NCBI GenBank assembly: GCA_052426225.1
Contig: JBNJNM010000011.1
Coordinates: forward strand, 62,001-126,000
Direction: 5' to 3'
DNA: 64,000 nucleotides
Source: Zancudomyces culisetae HAW-14-8
Taxonomy: Eukaryota; Fungi; Kickxellomycota
The notes under the pieces were generated by a model that was given only the letters and a program-made list of their open reading frames with translations, was not told the DNA's origin and did not search any database. Below, one piece after another: positions 52,918 to 64,000 of this stretch. The position numbers and the translations under genes were made by a program. The first letter of the stretch is position 1. Each line of letters begins with the position of its first letter.

Positions 52918-53467
52918 ATGAGTCAAGTAGAACAGGAAAAAAAACCATGCAGTGAAGACATTATCAACAAGAAGGTAACTATAAAGCCATTCATTTGACT
53001 TTTTTTTTTCTCCTTTAAATTCATTTGGAGATATGAGTGAATTTTGTACGGTTTAAGCTGATGGATGTATAGAAACGGATAAGTACAAGTGCATTTCTAA
53101 TCATGTTTTATAACTATTGCTGTTGTACAACATAGTGGGATAAAACCATTTCAGATGTGATGCTTCGAACTGGTATCGGACTCGGTATCGGAATAGTTGC
53201 CTCAACAATTCTTTTTAAGAGTAAGTCTCCGTTTTTTCTATTTCCCTCTCTTGTGGTTTTACTTTTTGTTACCAAATTAACTTTGAATGTAAACAGGTTA
53301 TGTTTATGATTCAAGAGATGGTTAAAAGGAATGCATGTTGCAATGAATTTTTTTTTTAAAAAAACATGTTAGGACGAGCATGGCCAGTAGTATTTTTCAC
53401 CGGTACTGGAGTTGGTTCAGCATATGCCGAAGCTCAGAGAAGATTCAGTTGTGCTGATGAAGAATAG
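52918..53467 (+). CDS. MIC10: MICOS subunit Mic10, 78 aa, 3 exons (absent from ORF track)
   Basis: Exons 52918-52974, 53136-53220, 53373-53467: SEDIINKKWD..GIGLGIGIVASTILFKRRAWP..GTGVGSAY; GxGxGxG and KRR motifs. Confidence 0.95.
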
Positions 53468-55444
53468 AATGCTTTCTTTTGTTGGTGCTTTGGAATTTTG
53501 AATTTTTTGGATGTGTTGATTTTGTTTTTCATTATTTCCGTTTTTCCATTTTTTTTTGACTTTAACACCGATGCTGCCATTTATGGACGGGTCGGATCCT
53601 TTTTTTATCCACTCTAATGGAACAAAAAAGGGACTAGACCAGCAAAAGAAATGGTGGTAAGCTTAGAAGTTTGAATAAAAACTGCACATATATATATGCA
53701 TATATATATGGTAGATGCAATTTATCTGGTGTTTGATTTTTGAAGTATTTGGAACTCATATTAGTTGAATAGCGGGGTTTGGCTTGTCTATTATGAGCAA
53801 CATTTATAGTATGCAGACTAAAATTCACTCACCAAAGGAGCGAATGTTATGTAGTAAATATTGATCTGGTGAGTGTAATTCTCTAGATTCTACCAGTTCA
53901 AAGCTTTGAGTCGCCTTTATACTGTTTAAACGCTAGTCCAAAAGGGGCTTTGCAAAAAATAGGATGGGTCGATGGGAGATAGGTGAAGATTTGTGAGTAA
54001 TGGTTGTAGTTATCATAAAGATACCGACAAAACTGGGCATGCTTTTTGATTGAAGAACTTTGAAATTTTGGCTTGAATATACCATTAATGCGATCGTGTG
54101 TGTGTATATGTAAAACGGAGAGTATATGGACCAACCCAATAATGTCACAAATGTAGAATATTCTGTATGGTACAGAGAGGTGAAACATTCAATAAAGTAT
54201 CCTTATTTTCTAGACATGCAAAAAGCTAGAATCGCAGGGTTACAAGTTCAAGAAATGGTGGAGAGGGAAGATGAGGGAAGAGGAGAGAGGAAGGTGGTAT
54301 ACAAGATTTATCACCATTTTTTGGCTCAACTGTGTTTATATGGTCATACATTTGGTTTATAAACGCTGATGAGCAAAGCGAATGCCCAACAAACCAGCTT
54401 AGAACATGGATAGAGAAACGTTGGCGAATATATAGTGAACTGGTGAGAAGATCCGCAGTAAAATATTTGGTGAGGATTGTTGGAAGAATATGGCACATGA
54501 TAGCACAATGATGCTCTTGTGAGTAATCCAGGATGTGAAATGTATCTGTGAGGAAAGAGGAGATAAACCCAAAGCTCTAAGCGCAGCTGTAGATGTAGCC
54601 GTAGTTGCAGACGGTATGGGAGTTTGCTATGGTATGTAAAACCATATAGAGTATGCTCTCGGGTTGATTAAACTTGATCCAACCTTTCGTATATAGCGTT
54701 TTTGGTTGGGTTTTTTATGTAGGTAGGTTTGATACTTGCGTCCTAATTTGCCAAATTAGCTGTAGTCTTTTGAGGAATAATCGGCGAATAAAATGATTGT
54801 TTAGAAAACAACATCAATAAAGATTAGTTGGCCCAAAAATCAGCAAAGTGGAGCAAAGTGTGTAGGGTAACTTTTTTTAAAAGAAATCTAAAAATACTGC
54901 CGCAATAATCAACAAGGCCAAAAAATTAAAAACAAAATTGATTTTAGAGCTGGCAGTTGCAATTCAAGCAATTGTTGCCATCGAAAAAGAAGAAAAAAAG
55001 TGCGGTAAATGTTGTGTTTATTTTTTCAAATTGGTTTAAAAAAATGTTGCAGGGTTAGCCAGAACCACCAGGAAGTATATGTTGAGTTTTGAATAACAAA
55101 AAGAGCAAAAAAACTATATGCGCCCCCACAATAAAAAATTTTTGGAGCAAAAAAAAAAAATCGATTTTTTTTCTAATGGGGGGGTTTCCTGGTAAAGCTC
55201 TATAAACCTGGGATTCTTAAATCCATCCAGTACAAGCGAACAAGCAAAAAACAAAAATAAAATGCAGGGAAAAAAAAATTTTTTTTTTATTAGAGGGATT
55301 GAAAAGGATAAAAAAATTGTTTTATGTTTTGTTCAAAACTTTTATTTCTCTATACTATATATAAAGAAAAAAGTATACAATAAATATATATTAGCCTTCT
55401 TGGTGATCTAATATTGTAAAGAAGAAATATAGTTTACACGAAAA

Positions 55445-56322
55445 ATGTAAGTATTGTATTATTGTTTATAAACACGAGAAGCTGAAGCAAAGTGAAAGTA
55501 TGCAGTTACTTGGTGGTTATGGGAGATGAGTTTTATTTTTACATTTCCGAGATGGTTGAAAACAGCAAAAAGTATCACTAAAGTTGGGATAAAGAAACAC
55601 TTGAGGAGGAGGAGATAAGATGTGCAAAACTACAAATAAGATGGAGGGGGGGTAGTGCTAGAGTTTATGCGTACTCCAGATTCTTGAGTAAATGCAAGAG
55701 TTAAAGATGTGGGAGGGGGAAGGAATAAAAAGAATAACATAAAAATTGTAATGGAAATAGGGCCAACTTGACAACACAAAAGCGACTTGCTGCTTCAGTA
55801 TTGAAGTGCGGAAAGAGAAAGGTATGGCTCGACCCTAACGAAACATCCGAGATCGCCACAGCCAACTCCAGACAAAATATTAGAAGATTGGTCAAGAACG
55901 GATTGGTCTTCAAGAAGCCACAAGCAATGCACTCACGATTCAGAGTACGGGAAAGAATGGCAGCAAAGAGACTTGGTAGACACACCGGTACAGGTAAGCG
56001 CCAAGGTACAGCCAACGCACGTATGCCAACCAGCGTTTTGTGGATGAGACGCATGAGAGTATTGCGCAGAATGTTGGTCAAGTACAGAGAGCAAGGAAAG
56101 GTTGACAAGCACTTGTACCACGTATTGTACCTGAAATGTAAGGGTAATGTATTCAAGAACAAGAGAGTGTTGATGGAATACATCCACAAGGCCAAGGCAG
56201 AGAAGATCAGAGCTAAGTTGCTTGCTGACCAAGCTGAGGCACATCGTCTCCGCAACAAGGCTGCACGTGAGCGCCGTAGCCAACGCATTGCTGCCAAGAA
56301 GGAAGCTTTACTAGACGCATAA
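55445..56322 (+). CDS. RPL19: 60S ribosomal protein eL19; start codon split by an intron (AT|G)
   Basis: AT at 55445-55446, intron 55447-55760 (GTAAGT..AAATAG), then G GCC AAC TTG gives [28 protein letters not shown]... Confidence 0.97.
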
Positions 56323-56569
56323 ATATAAATGTTTTGTAGGTTTTCTTTTTATTATAATTCCTGTTGTCTTTTTGGGAATGTTTTTTTTTATAAAGTAAAT
56401 AAATAAATATAACATCAGGACAAAAATTGAATTGAAACTAAAGAGAGAGAAGGAGAGAGGATGAATGAGATGAAATTTATGTATGGGAAGGGGTTAAAAG
56501 TGAGAAGAAAGGGGGAAAGAGAAAGACATAGCGAGTGAATGGTGTAGAGGGGGAGGCGGGGGGAAGAAG

Positions 56570-56600
56570 GTATATCAAAGTATATCAAAGTATATCAAAG
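56570..56600. repeat. Triple direct repeat TATATCAAAG
   Basis: Three exact 10-bp copies. Confidence 0.85.
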
Positions 56601-57403
56601 TTGAGATGGAGTAAGAAGTAATGAGTAAGGAGTAAGGATGGGATGATGCTTATAAATTATTCATATTTGATTCATTCTAATTTAAAAGGAGAAAAAAGAA
56701 AGAAAAAAAGAAAAAGGTGAGAGATGATATCATCATTACAGTATAATGCTATATTTTAATAGATTGATCAAATAAATGGCAAGTATTATACAGTAAATAA
56801 TAAAGGAGATATATACATGTATGTATGTATGTATGTATGTATATGTATATGTATGCATTGATTAAAGAAAGGAAAAGTTCTATTAATATGAAATTCGCAA
56901 AACACAAACAAACAGATAATTCTGCTTTATTTTAATTAAAAAGTGTATACTAGCAACATAATTTTGAAAAAATATAAAATATAAAATAAAAAGTAAATAA
57001 ATAAATAGGTAATGGATAAATAGATGGAAAAATAAATTTGAAAATAATAGAAATATTAAGAATAATAATAACTATAACAATAACAATAACAATAACAAAA
57101 AAATCGTGATAAAATAATAGCAGTAATAGCAAATATAATAAAAACGAATTAGTAGATTATTTAATAATGGTAATAAAGCAGATTTAAAACAGTTCAAATA
57201 GTTTATTACATTATTTATATTATATTTATTTTATTTTATTTTATTTTATTTTTACTCCTCCACTTCCTCCCACTTTATAATTTTGTTGAATCAAGAATTA
57301 TAAATCTTAACCTAAAAACTAATACTAATACTAATACTAATACTAAATCTAAATCTAAAACTAAAACTAAAAGAAAAGTTAAAAAAAAAAAAGATAAAAG
57401 GGA

Positions 57404-60400
57404 ATGGAAAGCAAAAAAAACAAGGATATTACCAAAACCACAATCCAAAATGGATTACTGGACGAGCTGGTGGTCGATAATGAGTATGGAAGTGGATACA
57501 AAATAATACTGGACCGGCTACAAAATGCCGAGGTTCGGACAAGGCTACAAGGTCGAGCTACGGCAGGGCTGAAGCGGAAATACCCCGAGAGTTTTTGGGA
57601 AGGGTATGAAGTACAATTAATCCAATCAGATGTTTGTAATGATGGGTTGGATGTAGTGGATAGTGGAGGTACAACGATCAGCAAGGGTAGGAATCAGAGA
57701 CAAGATAAAAGCACAAATAGAGACAAAGACAGAGACAGAGACAGAGACAGAGGCAAGAATAAAAGTAAAACAGAGGGTAATGTTGAGGAAAAAAACGTAT
57801 ATGTATCAGTAACAGAGTTTTTGAAATACAGCAGAGAGAAACGGATAAACCTGAATGAAGAAAAGGAAAGGGAAAGAGAAAGAGAAAGAGAAAGGGAAAG
57901 GGATCAAGAGACGGGGGTACTGATGGTTGGACAGGAACGAGAAGAGTTTATGGAGCGGCTAAGCAGAGGAGATTTTGAGGTGGAGGGGATGATACGGTAT
58001 TTACCAGAGGGGTTGGGAGCGGATACGGTATTGGAGGAGGTGGTGAAATATCGAGTGGAGAAGCATTTAGCGCTACAGTTGATTCGAGTAGTAGGAATAA
58101 AAGAGGAGATTAGGCAGTATTACAAAAAGATGAGTATGATGGGATTGCGGCTTGGGGCTTTGGGAGGGATAGGAGGAGCAAATAAGGAGCAAATAGAAGT
58201 CAAACAGTTGGAGAGTATGATGGGGGAGTATAGTTCGCAATGGACCAAGATAGTTCATGGGTATGTTGAGCACAAGGCCAAAGAGGGACAGCGAATAGAA
58301 GAGATGGGAGATGAGGCAAGTGAAGAGGACAAGAGGAAGTGGGGGATTGAGTGGGAGTATTTGGTACAGCTGGTGAAGCGAATGTATGATGAAGAGTTAT
58401 TGCAACAGAAGCGGGTGATTCAATGGATATTGGATATGTTGGAGCGTAGTGATGCGGGGAAATTGGCACGGATGTTGTATATGGAAGAGATTAGTAAACG
58501 GTATTTGCGACAGATATGTAAAGCAAGGTATACGGCAAAGAAGTTGATTGAAATTATTATGAGACAAGTTAGGGAAAGAGTAGGGATAGAGGAGAATAAA
58601 AAAGATATAGGAAGAGAGAAAGAATACGAGATACTAAGGCGGATAGTAGTTGAAAGCGAGGATCTGTTTATTAATCCGGATAAATGGGTAGAGTATCGAC
58701 AGCAAGTGTATGAAGCGATAAAAGGAGGTATGAAGGAAGGGGGAGGAATGAGAGATGAGTTGGAGAACAAGTTTTGGCAGATTGAAGAGAGAAACAAACG
58801 ATTACAAAAGATACCAACATTCAAAGATAGTAGAGAAGAGAGAGAAGGGTTGAAAGAGGAAAAGCAAAAGCAAAAGCAAAAGCAAAAGTCTGAGTTTGAG
58901 TTTAAGTTTGAGTTTATAAAAGAGTTGGAGAGGAATAAAGGACAAGTTAGTGAAAGAGTGGAAAAGTTATTTAATGAGTATGGAGGAAATAGCAGAGAGA
59001 TTATGGTGGAAAAAAGTGCGGCGTTGATAGAGTGGAGTGTGAGACAAAAAAAGTATGCAGAGATGGTGAATATAGTAGAAAACTATGTGATTGGGCGATT
59101 AGAGTATTTGGAGAGTGGAGGAGGAGAATATAATAAAGATGGGAAAGTACAGAAAAGAAAAGAAGAGGAAGAAAACAACAAGAAAGGTAGGATGGGGATG
59201 GGGATGGAGATGGAGATGGAGATGGGGAGGAGGAAGAGGAAGGGGAGAAAGGGTAAGAGAGGGATTGATAGTAAAAAGGTGGAGATTGTAACAGAGGGAT
59301 TTATAAAAAGTATAGATAGAGTAGGAAGAAAAAGAGATAAACAAGGAGAGGGTGAGAGAAAAGGAGAAGGTGAGGGTGAAGGAGAAGGTGAAGGAGAAGG
59401 AGAAGGAGAAGGCGAGAGTAAAATAGAGGAGGTGATTGAGGACTATGAGGAGATTAGTTTGTTGCTTGGGTATCGAGGGATAGTAGATGGAAGAAAGTAT
59501 TTGATGAGATTGGTATCACGAGGAGATTTGGAGAATAAGGAAAACAATCATTACAAGGTGTTTATGAGATTGGTATTGACAGAAAAGAAACGGAGTGGTA
59601 GTAATAGTAGTGATATTGTGATGAAACAACAACAACAACAAAAACAACAACAAAAACAGAAAAAAGAAAGTCAAGAGGGAATAGAGAAAGAACAAGAACA
59701 AGAAGAAGATGAAGATGATGAAGATGATGAAGATAGTGATAATGATAATAATGAAAAGAAAAGAGAAGAAAAGGAAAAAGAAAAGGAAAAGGAAAAAGAA
59801 AAAGAGGGAGAAGGGAGGATGAAAAGGGAATTGGAGATAATTAGTGTTGAAGAAAGATTGGAAATAATCCAGGACAAGGAAATGGAGAGGGAGATAGGTA
59901 GACAACGACAAGAATTATACAAACAGATTAAACAGCGATTTCCGGTGATTGTGGAGTATGTGAATGGAAACGAGAATTGGATCAAACCGATTAAAACTAG
60001 TAAAGATGAACAACACGCAGTTACAAGAAAAGTGATTGAAAGTGAAAGTGAAAGTGAAAGTGAAGGTGAAGATGAGGGAAATAAGATATATAAAAGTGTG
60101 AGACATAGTGTGAATGTAGAGTTTTTGGAGATATTAACGAGAGAGTATGTGGTGAAGCCAGTGAAGATAGGAATTACTAATTGGCGGGTATTGAGTAAGC
60201 CATACACGACATTACTGAATACACGACAATTAGGATTAGTGATAGAATGGTTTGGAGGGCAGTATCAGATCCAATCTCGAAATAAGTTTAAGCAACAGCA
60301 ACAGCAAAAGCAACAGCAACAGCAACACCAAGGAATATCGGGTAGTAATCGGCGGGAATATGATTTATTGGTAGAGTTTTTGGTGTGGTTGTTGAATGGA

Positions 60401-63202
60401 CACAGTTCGAACAGCCAAGTTGAGGAGTTAGGATATGCAGCATTGAGGAAGTATAGTAGGGAGTTTATTAGGTTGGGAAAGAGCCAGATGATAATAGAGT
60501 TGTTGGTGCAGTTGATAGATAACACGATGGGGAAGATTGAGAATGTGTATGGAATACAGATGCTTAGGAATTATGGCAAGATTAATAATTGGTATCGGAA
60601 TACAAAGACGGAATACAATTTGGGAGCATACAATACGATGATGATGTATATTAGACAAACGATGCCGTTGAAAAGACAGAGTATTATGGGGTTTGTAAAA
60701 GGGTTTTGGGTTACCAAAAGTTTAGTTTTAAAACTACAAGCTCAAAAGACATTATTACTACCTACTATTAGTATTAATATTAATATTAATATTGATACAG
60801 GTATGGGAGTGGGAGTGGGAATGGGAATGATGGATGATCAAACAATTGCAAATAAAATGTATAAAGATATAATAGACGACAATTTATTCCAGGCAAATTA
60901 CAATCGGTATTGTGGGATGATGACTAGTAGTGAAGGAGTATTGGAGATTGATAGATTGGTTCGGGTATGTTTTATGGTATTTAAAATGTTGTACATGGAA
61001 AACATCAAAAATACCAATACTACAAGTAAAGAAGTAGTATTAGGATCCACTACGTTTTTAACGGTATATCAAGTTTTAAACTATTGTCTTTGTTGTACAA
61101 CAAACAATGCAACTATGTCAATGAAAATGTCAATGGCGATGGCGATGGTGGTAGAAAACTTTATATCAACGACAATGGTTGGAATAATGGGAAACAAAAA
61201 GGAAATGGAAGCTGAGACTGAAACCGAAACCGAAATATTGGCAAGTTTTGTGAGTATTGTGTTGGTATCTAGTGGAATGATATCTGGAGTTCGACTTTTA
61301 GAGTACTTGTTGGGATCATCTTTATCTTTACCTGAAACTACTAATACTACTAGTAATAGTAAAGTGTTAAAAATGAAGAATTTGGGGTATAAATTTATTT
61401 CATTATTGACATCTTCCGATTGTATTAACACCAAATTATCAATTGAACAGTTGTTATATATTGAAGCTGCTTTGGCTAATAACAATGATAACCATAATGA
61501 TCAGTTTGTTGGTATATTGGGTAAATATATTCCACACCAATTTACAAATATAGATGGTACAACAACAACAACAACAACAACAGCAACAATAGCAGCAGCA
61601 AAAGGGAGAGATCCCATTAAATATGTTGAAAATCTGGCTGTCTATTTGTGTTATTACTATGACACTGATCGCAACTACTATTCAAAATACCTTGCTCAAT
61701 TATTACTATCATTATCACCATCCAATCAAAAATTGTCAACAAATGATAACGAGAAGAATCGGATGAATATACTGATTTGCAAGCTGGTTTTGTATTTACC
61801 AACACATGATTTCCGGTCAGTCTTGGTATTTGCAAATATAAAAGAAGCGACCAGTACAGTAAACCAATTGTTGGCAGAGATAAATGATAGAAATTACGAG
61901 TATGTGTGGATGGCTATAAACAACATTATTGATATCTTGGTTGAACTTTATTATGCCAAACTTGTTGACAACAAACAGGATGTGGCTCTGGTTATTACCC
62001 AGCTGATTGATACTACCAATGTTAAAAACCATGCTGGAACTGAACTACTGGCCAAAATCTTGTATAACCAATTATTACCTGTACTTGGCCACTCTTTAAT
62101 TGATAAGTCTATGATTGAGTATTTGATATGTACCAAATTTCTTTTATCAACTGATATACTCTCTCTATTCTTCTCTGTTAACTCTTCTTCTTCTTCATCA
62201 TCATCTTCTTCTTCTTCATCTCATTCCAAAACTTGTAATTTGGATAGAAAACAACGAGTCGGAAGTATAAAAATGTTCGAGTATATAAATCCAATTTTGA
62301 TCTTTCAAGTCTTTGTGGTGTATTCCACAAGGTTGTTTTCTATGGATAATCAGGAGTGTTACCAGTATTATTATCTGTCTTTTATCAATACATCAAGTCC
62401 AAATATCAATACCAATACAAACACCAATACCAATACCAATACAAACACCAATACTCAAACAAATAACAATAATAACAATAATAACAATAATGGTGGTGGG
62501 ATTTTTGACAAGCCATTTATTCAATATAAAACTGTAAATTCAAATGTCAATAACAGTGTTAATAATAATAATAGTGATGATGTTGGTAGTAGTAGTATTA
62601 GTGGTAGTGGTAGTAGTAGTGGGATTCTTGAAAAGGATAAAATATATAATCAACACATCAAACAGGCAATTCAACAATACCTAACAACAATTAACCTTGA
62701 CGATGATACTGCCAATACTTTTAACATTTACAATTACCAATATCATTACTATTTTGAATACAACATGTTGTTATCATTCATGTTTAAAATAGCCAATACT
62801 AATGACAACAACAACAATAAGGGGATTTCAGACTTGTTGTACGAGTTTTTGAATACTTTATCAATTCATTTCAACAATGTTGTGTATTCTATTGGATCAC
62901 TATTACATTTCGAATACAGTATTGATAAAGAAAGCGAATTTAATACTAATGGTGGAAATGCTCATTTTTATTCATTACTATATCAATCCAACAACAATTC
63001 CAACAATAATAGTAATACTAGTAATACTAGTAATAGTGGTGGTGGACTTGGAATCAGTTTGTCGTCATATTCTGATACTCCACCTCTTACTCCTCACCAC
63101 AGCAAATTCCAACCTCTTACACCAATTATAAATCCAACATTTAGTGCTATTAAACGAGAACGAGAGAATTTACTTTTATTTAATCATCTCATTTCAACAA
63201 CT

Positions 63203-63245
<43 letters not shown>

Positions 63246-63982
63246 GGGGAATCAATACAAATCGTAAATATTTATTACGGAATCTACTGACTAGTTGTCT
63301 AGAAACTTTTTTGTATATCCTATCAATCAATTCACCAAACTCTTATGATCTCAAATTGTCGGTTGATGAAAGGTATGTTGGGTTGTTTAAGAAACGATTG
63401 GATAAAATTATTGTATATCTCTTTGGTATTGTTTGTAGTGTGACGACCAATACAAAAAACGACAACAACAACAACAACAACAACAAAAGCAAGAATACTA
63501 CCAATACTAGTAGTAGTAGTGGTAGTAGTGGTAGTGGTAGTAATTGTGAAAGGCGTCATGTAGGATATTATGCCGATGCATTGATTTTTATTTGGGACTT
63601 TAGTAATCAGCAACAACGTCAATATGTAAATTCAATATTAAAGCATTACAATCCCAATGCTTTGGATCACAGTTATAATTATACGTATAATCATCAAATT
63701 GGTTTAGAACTGAATAATAATAGTAATGGTAATAATAATAATGGTGATGGTAATAATGGTGATGATGATAGTGAATATGATGATGACGAAGGTGGTGGTG
63801 GTGTTGGTAGTGGTATTGGTGGGTATAGAATCATTTCTGTTTTACCAAGTATTAAACGAATTTTGCCTTTTATTTCGCAAAATAATCGGTTTGTAACCAG
63901 TACATGTACAACTGGCAATAGTAGTAGTGGTGGTGGTGATGTTTATTATTATAATACATGGTTTTTCTTTTTATTAATTTAA
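57404..63982 (+). CDS. SRB8: Mediator kinase-module subunit Med12/Srb8, divergent and repeat-expanded
   Basis: RYLPEGL..VLEEVVKYRVEKHLALQLIRVVG matches the Med12 domain pattern (IPHG....LL......VP..RA.W..K.VG); WEYLVQLVKRMYDEELLQ..WI; VVKPVKIGITNWR..LLNTRQ. Exact 3' end uncertain at the window edge. Confidence 0.75.
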
Positions 63983-64000
63983 TTTAATATTTATGCTTTA

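Noticed and set aside
55445-55761. Intron splitting the RPL19 start codon
   Set aside because: Known arrangement in fungal RPL19 genes, including budding yeast; not novel.

Overview
AT-rich, intron-containing eukaryotic DNA. The gene content is fungal (Cti6, NoxA, FEX1, MIC10, Rad26, Srb8/Med12), and I infer an early-diverging fungus, possibly Zoopagomycota/Harpellales-like; the sequence alone cannot prove this. I reconstructed about 23 protein-coding genes by hand-splicing GT-AG introns. Several are absent or nearly absent from the ORF track: BolA2, RBX1, MIC10, most of UBC4, a 95-aa single-TM orphan, and a partial gene at the left edge. There is also a tandem tRNA-Thr(AGU)/tRNA-Thr(UGU) pair and, upstream of it, a 5-kb gene-free stretch with decayed retroelement-like fragments. 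The most unusual signals are architectural. (1) Repeated multi-kb strand-asymmetry domains, G-rich on the left and C-rich on the right of the top strand, switch inside long ORFs regardless of gene orientation and track protein composition. (2) Six-bp-period repeats are common in coding and non-coding DNA and appear as dipeptide runs in proteins. (3) Many introns have A-rich 3' ends with no polypyrimidine tract. All homology calls are from motif recognition; no database search or skew computation was run.
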